Positions 13,099 through 26,010 of a DNA stretch of 64,000 nucleotides are shown here, piece by piece. The stretch comes from Heterodontus francisci (taxonomy: Eukaryota): NCBI RefSeq assembly GCF_036365525.1, contig NC_090380.1, positions 51,307,331 to 51,371,330 of the forward strand. The letters run 5' to 3'. The position numbers were made by a program, and so were the translations under genes. Under the pieces are notes generated by a model. That model was not told the origin of the DNA, made no database searches, and saw only the letters and a program-made list of their open reading frames with translations. Every line of letters starts with the position of its first letter. Within the stretch, counting starts at the first letter, position 1.

Positions 13099-14334
13099 AT
13101 AAATGTAAAACCTTTCTTTCATATCTCCACAGATGATCCATGCAAGCCTATGATCCCAAGGCTACCAGAAATGAGAAAAGTGATGGGTATGGCGATCCTT
13201 AGGTAAATTCAAATTACCAGCAGCCACCAAAAGGTGCTACCCAAAACTAGACAACACATTGTATTGTTGAAGGAGAGGGAGTAATGCATTGTCAGATCTT
13301 CCTCAGAACCTTCTCTGGAGGCCAAGATAGAAGAGAACAATAGACCAAGGTACATAGCAGCCACACAAAACTAATATCGGCCCATTAATGCACCGCCTTC
13401 CGCCCCCGTCCCCAACCCCCGCACTACTACTGAAGGAGGGCATGTGGCTGTTTGATCAAACTATTAACTGCTATGCTGGAAACACAACATGCACACTGAC
13501 ATTGTTACTTTAAATAATATTATGCAAATAGATTGGGCACAGTTGGTGAAATAACTACTGTGACATTATGAGCATCACACAGCTAAATGCACATTTTTAT
13601 TTTTATTCTATTTTTAATTTCAAGTACTATTTAAGGTCGCGCTGATGATAACTCCACAGAGGTATATCTTAGCTTTGAAACAACATCAAAAATTTCCTTT
13701 TCTTCTGCAATAGTTTTCTGGTCATTTAACAACTCCCTCCAGTATTTTATTTGCATCTTCACGTGGGTTTTTCAAATACATTTCATCTGGAAGTATAAAC
13801 TTGCTTGTTCAACCTTCAGTTTCGAGCATGCTCAGTTGTATCTGGTGGCATTTATCCTGAATCCGGTCAATATATTCAGTTCGAAGCTGGCCTAATTTAT
13901 GCCAATTGTAAGAGACAAATGAATTTATTAATGTAAATGCTGAATCAGCATCCATTTCTAATGTTTCCATTCAGAATGTACTAAAATTATACAATCTACA
14001 GATGGCTCATTGTACATGTTCCATAATGCAACATTTTGGAATAACTCATCAGTATTAATTAACCAATATTCATATAACATCAGCATGATGTATCCACTCA
14101 TTTTATATTGTAAATTCTGTCAGATAGTAAGAATATTTAAATCATATTGCTTTTTTAATATATCGATGGTAATAAAAGCTGGAGTTTTAAGGATAAATTT
14201 TATGAATTCGTGTTCCATTAACTTTAATGGATTGTAAATCCCAGCAGCTGTCCACACCAGACCTCCTGATCTGCATTCCTGGCAGGCAAAGCTCTGCAAC
14301 AGGTGTGCAAATTGTTAACATTTACCCTATAGTG

Positions 14335-14750
14335 AATGAAAGAACATGTGCTTATGCAAAGCCTTTCATGACCTTCAGATATCCCAAAATGCTTCACAGC
14401 CTAAATACTTTGAAATGTAGTCACTATTATAATGACAGTCAATTTGCACACAAGGTCACACAAACAGCAATCAAATAAATGACCAGTTAATTTGTTTTTA
14501 GTGATGTTGGTTGAGGGATAAATGTTGGCCCTGTTCTTCTTTTAACAGTGTTATTGGATCTTTTATGCCCACCTCAGAGGGAAGAGGGGTCCCACTTTAA
14601 CATCTTATCCAAAAAAAAACAATTCCAACAGAGCAGCATTCCATCAATATCATTCTGAAGTGTCAGCCTAAATTGCAGGCTCAATTCTCTGGAGTGGGCC
14701 TTTAAACTACAACCTTTGGGACTTAGAAGCAAGAGTACTACACTGAGCCA
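14335..14750 (-). mobile_element. Deu-domain SINE, degraded
   Basis: Reverse-complement similarity to 11960-12302 and direct similarity to 24700-25140 (gttgagggataaatgttggcc; ctctggagtgg). Confidence 0.65.
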
Positions 14751-14757
14751 AGACTGA

Positions 14758-15386
14758 GGGCTGGATTTTGTAGTCCTGCTGACGGGTGCGGCAGCATGTG
14801 TGGAAAATGGCGGCCGTCCCCCACGGGACCTATGCTGCCGCACCGCCGAGATTCTGCAGCAGGCAGCCACTTTACAGATTCACAGCGGCCGCCCTGCCCC
14901 CACTCCCCCAATCAAGTGGTGGGGGCGTCACTGATGCGGAAGCAGGTGCTGGTGCCATTTTTAATAGGCTGCCTGCCCTGCAGACAGTTCAACAAAATGC
15001 AGAGTTCATCCCATTCCCCCCCCCCCACTCTGAAAATACAGCAGAGTTGACCGCTTCTCCCACTGCTCGACACACAAAGTGCAGAGTTGACCCCTTCCCC
15101 ACCTCCGTGGCACCAGCTTTCCATGGACGGGAAAATGGGGGCACGTGAGTGCTGCACGTCATGCTGAGGATTGGGAACTGAAGGTAAGATCACTGAGGAT
15201 TAGATTTTAATGCAAATATGTAATTTAATTATTTAAACCAGGGTCTCGCCACGGAGCTTCTCCGCCATCGGGAAGATCGGGCCCGGCAATCCCGCAGTCG
15301 TGCTCCGTGGTGGGCTGCGCCCACTCCAATTCTCTGGTCCACCCCGCCATGAAATCCGACGTCAGGCTGGGCACAAAATCCAGCCC
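14758..15386. mobile_element. Non-autonomous Harbinger MITE
   Basis: 14-bp TIR GGGCTGGATTTTGT / ACAAAATCCAGCCC and 3-bp TSD TGA on both sides. Confidence 0.9.
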
Positions 15387-15389
15387 TGA

Positions 15390-16190
15390 AAGTTGTTGTC
15401 CCACCACTGGGAATGGCGACGTACGAAAAAAATGGCAGCCGGCATGCACAGGCCACGCGCCACCACGCCACCGTGATCTTGCAATCTTGCATCCGGCGGC
15501 TCATTAACATATGCATGGTGGCTGCTCCCCCTCTCCAAATCACATGGTAGGGGCAGCCTTGGCGACGGCGTGAATGGCGTCACCTGAGATGGAAGCAGGA
15601 ATTGGCGCCATTTTTAAAAGGCTGCTGGCCCTGCAGACAGTTCCAAAGATGCAGAGTTGGCCCCGACCCCCTTCCCCTGTGCAAAACATGTAACGTTCAC
15701 CCCTTCCACCTCCCTCTTGCTTACATAGCACTGCAGAGTTCATCCCTTCCACCCCACTTGCTGATAGATGATTAATGGTTGCAGAGTTCCCCTCATTTCT
15801 GGCTACTTAAATTTAATGCAAATGACCGAGTTTGCTGCAAAGAAGAATAAGAGCAGGATAATACCTACCAACCTTTGGAGGCACCGAGGACTCTAGCCTT
15901 GGTGGCGCCAGCTTTTCAAGGACTGGAACGTGAAGGCACGTGATTGCCGTATGTCGAGCTGAAGATTAAAAACAGCTGGTAGGAATGCAGTGAATTCCAT
16001 TAAAATCTATGCAAACAGGTAATTTCAATAGTTAAAGCATGGTCCCGGCGTGGAGCTTCCCCGCCGCCAGAAAGATCAGGCCCGGAAATTTCAGCATCGG
16101 GCTCTGTGGCGGTCCGCTATCACTCCAATCTCCTGGCCCCCCACCGCCACAGAACCCAACGTTGTGAGGAGAACAAGATCTTGTCGGCCC
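15390..16190. mobile_element. Second, related Harbinger-type MITE in tandem
   Basis: Shares blocks with 14790-15370 (ccctgcagacagttc, atgcagagtt, gaaagatcaggcccggaaat). Ends in GGCCC. Confidence 0.65.
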
Positions 16191-17875
16191 TTGTCGGCCA
16201 GCTCATTTCACATTTCAGAATATGCACCCTGACTGAACTCAAGTCACTTTTCCCAACAAATAATTGTTTCAATATGTGAGTTGAGTTGACTCAAATTAAA
16301 CAGTAGGTAGCTGATGAGAGCCTATGAGTGGAAAACATCCTCAACTATAGACAGGGTGGCGGAGTGGGGGGGGGGGGAATGGTGAGTAGGGAGGGGTTGC
16401 AGGATTAGTTGTATCAGTCGTTGTGATCTGCTGGAGAAATTTCCCAGAGATATTTTTTCTCCCTAATTTATCTGCAGTGTTTTGTGTGACTCGCCAAATG
16501 GTGGATAGGACAGATCCACAGTTGGTGCTTTCCTGTCCTTGTTCATATGTTCATTTACCACTGTGTTGAGCCACATAAAAAAGAGCAAGCTGTTGCTAAT
16601 GCTGCCCAAAGTAACCTTGCAGCCCAGACTACATATTCTGCTTGGCAGCAGGTTGCCATTAAAATGACTGACAGTTAGATATTTACCCCTTGATCATACA
16701 GCATCAAGATATTGAGCTGTTTAAAATAAGATTTATTTCAACTGAGGTTCAAATTTAATTGATCATAAATCTATTTTAAAGCATTTGGTTAAGGTTTAAA
16801 TGCAATATGTGTGATGTTTTTAAATAACCAAGTGTAACAGGGAGTTCATTTAGTAGTTGGTGTGCATTTCACTGCCAGAGAAGTCAACAACTAAATTTGA
16901 TTAATTAGCCAAGGAGAGTTGTTTAGTATTGGAAGTAGCCTTTATTGTGTTGTTTGGATTTTTCAAACCAGTATTTAAAATGGTAAGTGCCATGTAATCG
17001 AAAAGTAGGAATGGTAGTTCTTTACTGCTGCAGTTGTAAGAAAACCACTTAACATCCTGTTGCTACTTTAATGACTCTGAATTCAAAATTGAATTTGGTA
17101 AAGCTCAGATAGTTTCATGCCATAGTTCATTGGTAAACCAATATGCTGCACCATAAAATTAGGATGTCCTTTCTCAGTCCTGCTCACATGCTGTGTTGCA
17201 ATTTCAATTAGGTTGTAAGGAGGACTTGCTAGGAGTGAAATTGAGTTCAGTCGTGATGGGTGTTTGGCCACTATGAGTGCCTTTCAGGGACCAAAATTGC
17301 ATTCGCCCACACTTCTGCCATGAATTGTGCCAGGCAATATTGATCAGAGCGGTAAAGTGCGCACACCTAATGTCCACTGGACGTATGCTTTGCAGGCAAA
17401 TCATGGTGCCAATCAGCCATTTTAGAGCTCAACACTCCAGCTCGTAACCTCACACAGCTGAACATGTGTTCAGCAGCAGGAAGCACTATTTAAAGGGACT
17501 ATCAACTACTAAAAAGTTAGTTACTAGTTGATTTCTTTAGGCTGTTGTTACGATTCTACAAGTGTTGGTGCTTTATATAGTTCTTTCAAGTTGCAAAAGT
17601 CGACAGGGAGTGGTGTGGCAGGTGATGCAGAGTTTTTTGCTAACTTTGAGGCTTCTGCAAAACCAGTTGTTCCCAGACATGGGTGCACTAGTAGACATTC
17701 CCCTTGGAGGGCAGCATAATTGGGAGAACAAGCAGAGGGCAGAACAGGCTGCTAGGAGAGGGAGGAGGAAGAGGAGAAGGGCTCTCAGCAGGAAGTCAAA
17801 TCCACCCAGGGTTTTTCAGGGACCAATTCTGCTACCTGAATCTCAGAGAGAAGCAGATGGAATGAGCATGTGAAT

Positions 17876-18360
17876 TTGTGAGGATTGCAGCTTGGTGTAG
17901 GATGCCATTGACGGCACGCATATCACTTTGCTGGCACCACATGCCAATTCGGATCTATACCGGAACCAAAAGGGATTCCACTCCTTCAATGTCCAGCTGG
18001 TGTGCGACTATAGGCAGTGAATCATGCAGGTTCATGCCCAGTATCCTGACAGCAGTCTTGATGCTTTCATTCTGTGGCAGTCCACTGTGCCAGCTGCATT
18101 TGAGAAACCACTGAAAACCAAAGAGTAGCTTCTGGACAAAAAGGGCTATCCACTGATAGCATGGTTCATGTCTCCAGTATGCAACCCATGCACATATGCT
18201 GAGCATGCAAACAATGATAGCCACACTGCCACACAGAATGTGATTGAGTAGACTATTGGTGAGCTGAAACAATGACTCCGCTGCCTGGACTGCTCTGGAG
18301 GAGCCCTGCAGTATTTGGCAGAGTGGACATTATTCACAGTGGTCTGCTGCATGCTGCCTT
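17876..18360 (+). pseudogene. Harbinger DDE transposase remnant
   Basis: DAIDGTHITL..YRNQKGFHSFNVQLVCD..YPDSSLDAFIL..KGYPL..TQNVIE*TIGELKQ*LRCLDCSGGALQY, with in-frame stops. Confidence 0.88.
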
Positions 18361-18894
18361 GCCACCAGCTACACGATGAGCACCTCAGGAACAGGAGGAT
18401 GAGAAGGAGGAAGAGGAGGACAACGAAGAAGAGGAATGGAGCAACCCTTGTAACCCCAACTCTCCATTTACCACAGTCTCATACCTTGTCTTATCTCTGT
18501 CACTGACAATCACAGAGTCCACCTGGCCACAATGCAAAAATAAAAACCACCACAAAATAAATAGTCTAAGCCAAATTTATTAATGAAATCATGCAATATT
18601 GCATACAAACATAAACTATCACCTTGTAGTTTCTATAAGTGCCTGTCTTTCCTTTGCCTTTGCCTGTGCTAGTGCTCCTACATAGTGCAACTCCAGTGGC
18701 TGGAGCATGGCTGGTGGACAGCTCATGACTTGCAGTGGGGGAGACTTTAGATGGCCATTTAGTGTAACCTTGAGCAGCTCTGGGCCGAGGAGACCCAGCT
18801 GTGGACTGTAAAATCTCAGTGGAGCAGTCTGAACTGGCTGCCTGACCGGCAACAGAAAAGGCACTGACAGTGTAGTAGGTGTGAGAGGATAAAT

Positions 18895-19793
18895 AAAAGC
18901 AAAATACTGCGGATGCTGGAAATCTGAAACAAAAACAAGAAATGCCGGATTCACTCAGCAGGTCTGGCAGCATCTGTGGAAAGAGAAGCAGAGTTAACGT
19001 TTCGGGTCAGTGACCCTTCTTCGGAACTGACAAATATTAGAAAAGTCACAGATTATAAACAAGTGAGGTGGGGGTTGGGCAAGAGATAACAAAGGAGAAG
19101 GTGCAGATTGGACCAGGCCACATAGCTGACCAAAAGGTCACGGAGCAAAGGCAAACAATATGTTAATGGTGTGTTGAAAGACAAAGCATTAGTACAGATT
19201 AGGTGTGAATATACTGAATATTGAACATCAGCAAGTGCAAACCTGAAGAAGAACAACCTGAAAAAAACAGTGGGTAAGCAAACTGAACAAACTAAGATGA
19301 AATGAAATAAATGCAAAAAAAGATTGTAAAAAATGTAAAAAGGAATGCAAAAAAAAAAGGAAGAAAAAATAACTAAAAATGACTAAAAATGAAAGTAAAG
19401 TGGGGGGCTGTCATGCTCTGAAATTATTGAACTCAATGTTCAGTCCGGCAGGCTGTAGTGTGCCTAATCGGTAGATGAGATGCTGTTCCTCGAGCTTGCG
19501 TTGATGTTCACTGGAACACTGCAGCAATCCCAGGACAGAGATGTGAGCATGAGAGCAGGGGGGAGTGTTGAAATGGCAAGCAACCGGAAGCTCAGGGTCC
19601 TGCTTGCGGACTGAGCGGAGATGTTCCGCAAAGCGGTCACCCAGTCTGCGCTTGGTCTCCCCAATGTAGAGGAGACCACACTGTGAGCAGCGAATACAGT
19701 ATACTACATTGAAAGAAGTACAAGTAAATCGCTGCTTCACCTGAAAGGAGTGTTTGGGGCCTGGGATAGTGAGGAGAGGGGAGGTAAATGGGC
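18895..19793 (-). mobile_element. 5'-truncated Penelope-like element (Neptune-type GIY-YIG endonuclease plus terminal repeat)
   Basis: ORF 19411..19740 reads NVVYCIRCSQCGLLYIGETKRRLGDRFAEH...HFN...GLN. 13-bp TSD TGAGAGGATAAAT (18882-18894 / 19794-19806). Confidence 0.92.
18992..19029 (-). ncRNA. Minimal type I hammerhead ribozyme motif in the Penelope terminal repeat
   Basis: Minus strand reads AGTT-CCGAAGA-A-GGGTCA-C-TGACCC-GAAACGTT-AACT: stem I AGTT/AACT, stem II hairpin, palindromic stem III. The U4 position is C in this copy. Confidence 0.65.
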
Positions 19794-20449
19794 TGAGAGG
19801 ATAAATGTTCTCATCCTGAGAGAGAACAGCAGTTTTGTGCTCCGTGGAGCCATTGGCACTTCCCTGGGCAGTGTCTCAACAATCCTAGTAATCTGTTGGA
19901 AGGCAGATTGCAAACCCCTTTGATAACTGTAATCCACAGCCTTGAGGGCAGCAGTCTGAGCTTGTATGACAGAAAACTGACCTTGCATGATTTTAGTCTG
20001 AGGTTCTGCTGCAGCACTCAGACATTGGGCAGCTGCTAATTGTACTGAAATGGAAGCTGAGATATCAGCCATCAGATACTACATCATGGTCAGGTTCACA
20101 AGTGCAAAGGGGTTGGCCGCCACTTCCATGTTGAAAATGGTGGGCTCCAAGCTCTGTGCAAAGGCCTGTTCCAAGTTAGATTGGGCTCCTTCATACTCCT
20201 TGACATTGACCATAGGTTTTCTGGTAAGCCTGCCAATGCACCAAGAATTTCATTGTGAATGTCCATTAGCCTTCTTCTATAGGCTGCCCCATCCAAATGC
20301 TCACCTGAGTCCTCTACAGTTGAACCCATGTGCAACCTGGCCCTCTGGTGCGCTGACACCTGCAGTATCCTTGTCCCCTTCCCTAGTTGCAGTTTACGTG
20401 TGTCCGGTATCTCATCACGTGTAGATCCCACCTCTAATCTATTCCCTAA

Positions 20450-21045
20450 GATATGTAATGCTGGAACTGTATGAAATGCTGGTTAGGCCACAGCTAGAGT
20501 ATTGTGTACAGTTCTGGTCACCCCATTACAGGAAGGACATAATTGCTCTGGAGAGAATACAGAGGAGATTTACAAGAATGTTGCCAGGGCTTGAAAGTTG
20601 CAGCTATGAAGAAAGATTGGATAAATTAGGGTTGTTTTCCTTAGAACAAAGGAGGCTGAGGGGTGACTTAATTGAGGTGTACAAAATTATGAGGGGCCTA
20701 GATTGAGTAGACAGGAAGGACCCGTTACCCCTAGCGGAGAGGTCAATTACCAGGGGGCACAGATTTAAGGTGATTGGTAGAAGGATAGAGGGGAAATGTT
20801 GAAAAACTTTTTCACTCAGAGGGTGATGGGTGTCTGGAATTCACTGCCAGGGATGGTGGTGGAGGCAGAAATCCTCAATCCTTTTAAAAGGTACCTGGAC
20901 ATACACTTGAAGAGCTGTAACCTGCAAGGCTATGGCCCAGGAGATGGAAGGTGGGATTAGATTGGGCAGCTAGTTTTGTCGGCCGGCATGGACATGACGG
21001 GCTGAATGTCCTCCTTCTGGGAAGTAATTTTTCTAAGGTTCTATG
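20450..21045 (+). mobile_element. CR1 LINE 3' fragment
   Basis: [27 protein letters not shown]...[13 protein letters not shown] followed by the 3' UTR. Confidence 0.9.
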
Positions 21046-21272
21046 TGTGTTGTCAGTATCTGAGCTGGTGGCTGTGAGTGTTCCTCCACCTGACCAGGTT
21101 GCATCTCTTGGGTATCTGAAAGGGAAAAAGATGAGCATATGGTTGTGTTGAGGGGTGGGGGTGCACGATAGTAAGAGGTGCATGTCTACACATGTGCAAA
21201 GATCTGCAGCTTTTAAATCAGATGATTGTGGAAATAGAGGGATGTGAGAAGGAGGATTTGATATGAGGATAT

Positions 21273-22328
21273 TGTTACGACCAAGGTGGTAGAAATGCAC
21301 TGTTAATTCAGTCCCACTTCTCCACAGGTCACAGCGTATCAATTCATTTTTCTCACCTACCAAAGAATAGCCAACTAGACTCTATTTGTCCCCCAGAATA
21401 AAGCACACCAACCAGGTTTCTTTAAACAACAACAACATTAACTATGATTAGGAAAAATAATAAATCTTCACCACTAATGAGATAAATCTATTTATGAAAG
21501 CTCCTTATTTCGCTCGCCCTCATGCACTCACACACATACATTCAAAAAAACTGGTTAACCAGAGAAACAAAGGATTCTGGTTTACATCTGTTTCATATGT
21601 ATAAAAGGAATAATAAAATAATTCCGTTTGTCATGTTCTAGTAAGAAATTCTTCGGTTGGGTGAGGTGACCCAGAGTCAAATAGTCGGATGCCACTCAAA
21701 GTCTCTCCAGGTGAAGTTGATGAACGGTCTGTGATGGGTAGGTGTTCAAAGCAATTCACCCACAGCAGGTGTCACATAGGTCTTTCAGCAGGAGTGTGGC
21801 AACAGGTCTGCTTTGGACTCACAGCAGCATAGTAGTAGAAGCTTTCTTCAGGTTCCAGGATTTCCCAAAACACAGGAGGCAACACGAACCACACTGGATG
21901 CAGGAATTCTTTAGAGACAGGAGGCAATAGGAATCTGCCACCTTTCAAATACAGGGTTCCTTTACAGAGAGAGGTCTTTTCTGGGTTTTCCACTTTGATC
22001 TCCAGGCAGGTCAGAAACTGAATGTCAAATGTCTGCTGTTTGTCCAAAGTGGTTTTTAAAACGGTCCAAAGTGAAAGCAAAAACCATTCTGGGCTGATCA
22101 CATGACCAGACACAGTGTCTCCCTGTTATTCAAAGTGTTGCTCTGAGGAGGTCAAAAACCCCTGTCTGGCTTCCTTGAAACTGCTTGCTTTTCCTATTCT
22201 TGTATACAAAGTCAACATCCAAAAATTCCAGCTATTTGCTGGTGTCCGTGTCCACTGAAAATCCTGTTTTCAGTTATTTAAAACACACATAATTCTAAGA
22301 TTTTAGTACAAAAATAAAACCTTGAACA
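21273..22328 (-). mobile_element. Solo LTR
   Basis: TGTTAC...GAACA termini and 4-bp TSD ATAT. Its terminal region is related by reverse complement to 57285-57337. Confidence 0.8.
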
Positions 22329-22794
22329 ATATCATCAATTCCTGCCACTGGCCATGGCTGTTCCATGGAGGTTAGGACATGCCTGTCCCCTCTGGTTAGC
22401 TGCTGTTGCCTCCAGTTACGTGCCCCCTACCCTGCAAGAGAGAGGGAAGTGTGTTAGTGAGTGTGGTGCAACATGTTTGGGTGATGTGGCTGTCATGGTT
22501 GATGAGCTGAGTATGTGTGCAAGCTGTGAGGTATGGATGTGCGGCTTGGAGCAGAGCTAAGCGTGTGAGGGTGAGGTGAAGCTATGAATGTTGTCTCTGA
22601 ATCTTGATTGATAGAGATTGTTGGTAGGTGGGTGATAGGGTGTGGTGAATTGAGCAGTGGCTGAGGCCAGTGCTGCAGTTGGTGAGATATGCCATTTGAA
22701 GATGCATTCACTGACTTTGAACTTCTTGTGACACTGCATCTAGATCCTTGAGGCTTGGCTCCTGGCATTGACCTGCACAGTAACTTGCTCCTAC

Positions 22795-23133
22795 TAAAGC
22801 CTGGCTTGGGTATAAAATTAAAACCCGAGCCAGGCCCAACCCGACCACAGCCAACACGAACCCAACCCGAGTCCGAGCCCTTTAATTTTTTTTCGTGCCC
22901 GACCCGACCCGACCTGACATGAATCCCCTTCATCTGTTCTGGCAGCAGGCTATTCCTGCAGCTGGAGTTGTGGGGAATCATGGGTAATCCTGATCCCATG
23001 ACTTCTCAGAAGCAGTGTCCAGCCCGACCCAACTCAAGCCTGAATGTTGGACTCAGAATTTCGACCTGACCTGAACCGAACCCGACACATGTAGTTGGAT
23101 CTAGTCGGGTTTGGGTCAGGTAGCCAGGCTATA
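22795..23133. mobile_element. hAT-type MITE
   Basis: 8-bp TSD GCTCCTAC (22787-22794 / 23134-23141). TIR TAAAGCCTGGCT / AGCCAGGCTATA. Subterminal ACCCG repeats. Confidence 0.88.
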
Positions 23134-24685
23134 GCTCCTACTACCTTTTCGCTGTGTGTCATGAGGGCCTTCTTCCTCCCTGCGGGTACAGGTCGCCTCT
23201 CCTTTCCACTATCTCCCCAAACACCTCCAGTGCAGCATCTGAAGACCTTGGAGCCCACTTTCTCCCATATTGTGCCATTTCTCACTGTTTCCTAGGGCAT
23301 TCACTACTGCATGGTTCTCAGCACCTGCTCCAACGACAATGCACCTCCGCTTTAAGAGGTACAGGCCAACTTTAAGCAGTACAGGCTGGCTTTACGTGCT
23401 GCTAGGAAGTTATAATTTTGGATCCCCTGATTTGTGGAGCTGATGAACAGCACAGGTAGTGCAAGCTGCACGCAGAAATCATTCCTATACTGCCTGCAAT
23501 CAACAAGCGTGGGGAAAGCATGCATTGTGATCCCCACACCCATCTTGGGGTCTATCCAATTTAGCCCCAGTGAATAAAGCGAAGACAATCCAATACAGGA
23601 AAGAATGGTGTTGCAGGGGAACATCTAGAGATGGGAATAAGGATCCCTTTAGGTTATGCTTTATAGTTTAGGTTTGTAGTCAAGATCTGAAAAACAAATG
23701 CATTCCATATTTTTTCTGAAGCTTACTGACATAAGCTGCAAAATCAGCTTTTCTGTAAGTAGTAGCAAGACTTCTCCATTAAAACCTCTTGCTAAATTCA
23801 ACATGGCTACATTCATAGGTTTACCTGTTTTTATGTTGTGCTAATAGTTCAGAAGGCTTTAGTTATTTGAGCATGCAGTTTTACATGTTTTTCATAATGG
23901 CTGCACTATTAACTTTAATGTTTTCCTCTTCAAGTGATTGTGTTTGCTGTTGGAGCAGTAAGAAGAAAGGAGAGTGGATAAAACCTTTGCTTCATTTATG
24001 TATTGCACATGGTCGGAGAACAATTTGCAATGGTGATTTTCCAAATTAAGGAAAATCTTGAGTTCAAAGCAAATGATGTACTACAATAAGTTAATTCAAA
24101 ATAACACCCAAAGTAATGCAGGTGATCAGGCACTGATAGAACAAGAAGCAGCTGAGGAATATGTGATGTAACTGATATGAATCTCTCAGCATTTCAAATA
24201 GAAATGTATTTCTGTAAAGAACCAGCAGCTGAAGAGGCAAAAGAAATCCTGAAGGGAAATAGATATGACTAATTTTGGACTGCTGGACATAAAGAGAGCT
24301 TTGCAGCATTAATTTCTCATGGATAATGGAGAACTGATGATACATTAGGTTGCCTACATTTTTTACAGCTCTGCACAGAAATTTAAACTATCATTTATGG
24401 GAGCTTATTCATAAGCAAAATTAAGCACCTAACTAAGCAAACTAGGAATGAAAAGAATCATAAAATGACATATGCGGCAAGAACAGCACTCCCCAAACCA
24501 CAAATTACTGCAGTAAAAATGTACAAACCACAGTTCAGAGAGCATGAAGCAGACCTACGACTAAATGAGGTGATTTCCGAGAGACAGGAAATAAAAGTCC
24601 TGGTAAATGAGCTGATGTCCAGGACAGTTTGAATTTTCAACAGTAGAGTCAATGCAATAAACATTAGGTACAGAACAGATGCCTG

Positions 24686-25140
24686 AAAGAAAGAAAATCT
24701 TGCATTCATATTCACCTTTCATGACCTCAGGACATCCCAAAACACTTTAAAGCCAATGAAGTACTTTTGAAGTGTAGTTACTGTTGTAATGTAGGAAACA
24801 CAACAGCCAATTTGTACATAGCAAGCTCCCACAAACAACAATATGACAATGGCTAGATAATTAGTTTTTCTTGTGATGTCAATTGAGGGATAAATATTAA
24901 CCAGACCACCAGGGATAACTTCCCTTCTCTTTGAAATAGTGCAAGGAGATCTTTTGCATCCACCTGAGAGAGCAGACAGGGCCTCGGTTTAATATCTCAT
25001 CTGAAAGAGGGCACCTCTGACAGTGCAGCACTCCCTCAGTACTACAGTGTAGTGTCAGCCTGGATTTTGTGCACAAATCTCTGGAGTGGATTTGAATGCA
25101 CAACCTTATGCCTCAGAGCAGAGAGTGCTATCCACACAGC
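24686..25140 (-). mobile_element. Deu-domain SINE (SacSINE1-like), near full length
   Basis: Reverse complement has B-box-like CATTCAAATCC, the Deu core gatgagatattaaaccgaggccctgtctgctctctcaggtggatgcaaaagatc, and a (TTTC)n tail. Confidence 0.8.
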
Positions 25141-25209
25141 CCAGGAAGGGGCCGCATAGAACATAGAACATAGAACACAGAAGCATCTTATTGGATGGTC
25201 ACAAATAGA

Positions 25210-26010
25210 CAATTTCTCAGAATGGTTGCAGGTATGTAGCAGTGTTTCACAGGCTTCTAGTTCTGGGACCACTTTTGATCATCTAAGTATGTCAATGATT
25301 TAAATATAGGGCCAGAGGGAGCAGTATCCATATTTGCAGACAGTACTAAAATAAGAAGCATAGTAAGTCATTCTGAGGACCAAAAAAAGCCGCAAGGGGA
25401 TACATGATAGCATGATGGAATGGTCATAAACATGGAAGATGGAATTTAATATTAGTACATGAGAGGTGGTACATTTTGATGATTAAAAAAGTAATAATTA
25501 TACTTTGGGGGAAAATTGGATGATGTGAAAGAGCAGAGGGATTTGGGTGTTCAAGTTCACAGTGCATTGCAAACAGGACCTCAAGTAGATAAGGCAATAA
25601 ATAAAGCTAATGAATACAAGGTTTTATGGCAAGAGTTATAGAATATAAAAATTGAGATGTAATGGTGAATCTATGTCAGACCACAGTTGAAGTATTGTGT
25701 TCAGTTTTGGGCTCCACATTACAGGAGGGAATATAAATAAAAATGAAGATTTGAAAAATTGGGCTGTTTTTGTTAAAATAGAGAAGTGATTTGATAGAGG
25801 TGTTTAAATTGTAAAAGAATGTGACAGATTAGATAGGAAGAAACTGTCTTCAGTGCACAGGCAGTCTCTAAGCAAAGGGGCATAGATTAAATGTGCAAGA
25901 CTTTGGACAGAAAGCAAAAGAAAGGTTTTAATGGAGGCTGAGACTGTAAGATGTACTACCAGAGCTGCTGAATGAGTAAGCAGAGAGCCTGTCGACATTT
26001 GAGAATAGAT
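25210..26010 (+). mobile_element. Old degraded CR1 RT fragment
   Basis: Recognisable FAD-like segment (tttgcagacagtactaaa) and gaccacagttgaagtattgtgttcagttttgggctcc (RPQLKYCVQFWAP). Confidence 0.7.

Larger units (their letters stand above)
17232..23568. mobile_element. Degenerate two-gene Harbinger transposon with nested insertions
   Basis: Imperfect TIR-like ends GGAGTGAAATTG / CAATTTAGCCCC. Transposase on + (17876-18360) converges on Myb-gene remnants on - (~18600-23300). Confidence 0.6.

Noticed and set aside
13630-13891. Protein-like minus-strand segment after a possible acceptor (QLRTEYIDRIQDKCHQIQLSMLETEG*)
   Set aside because: Weak polypyrimidine tract, stops in all frames, no recognisable family, and phase incompatible with the 28830-28922 candidate.
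17876-18360. Domesticated HARBI1 gene
   Set aside because: Multiple in-frame stops and a transposon context. Several similar decayed copies occur in the window.
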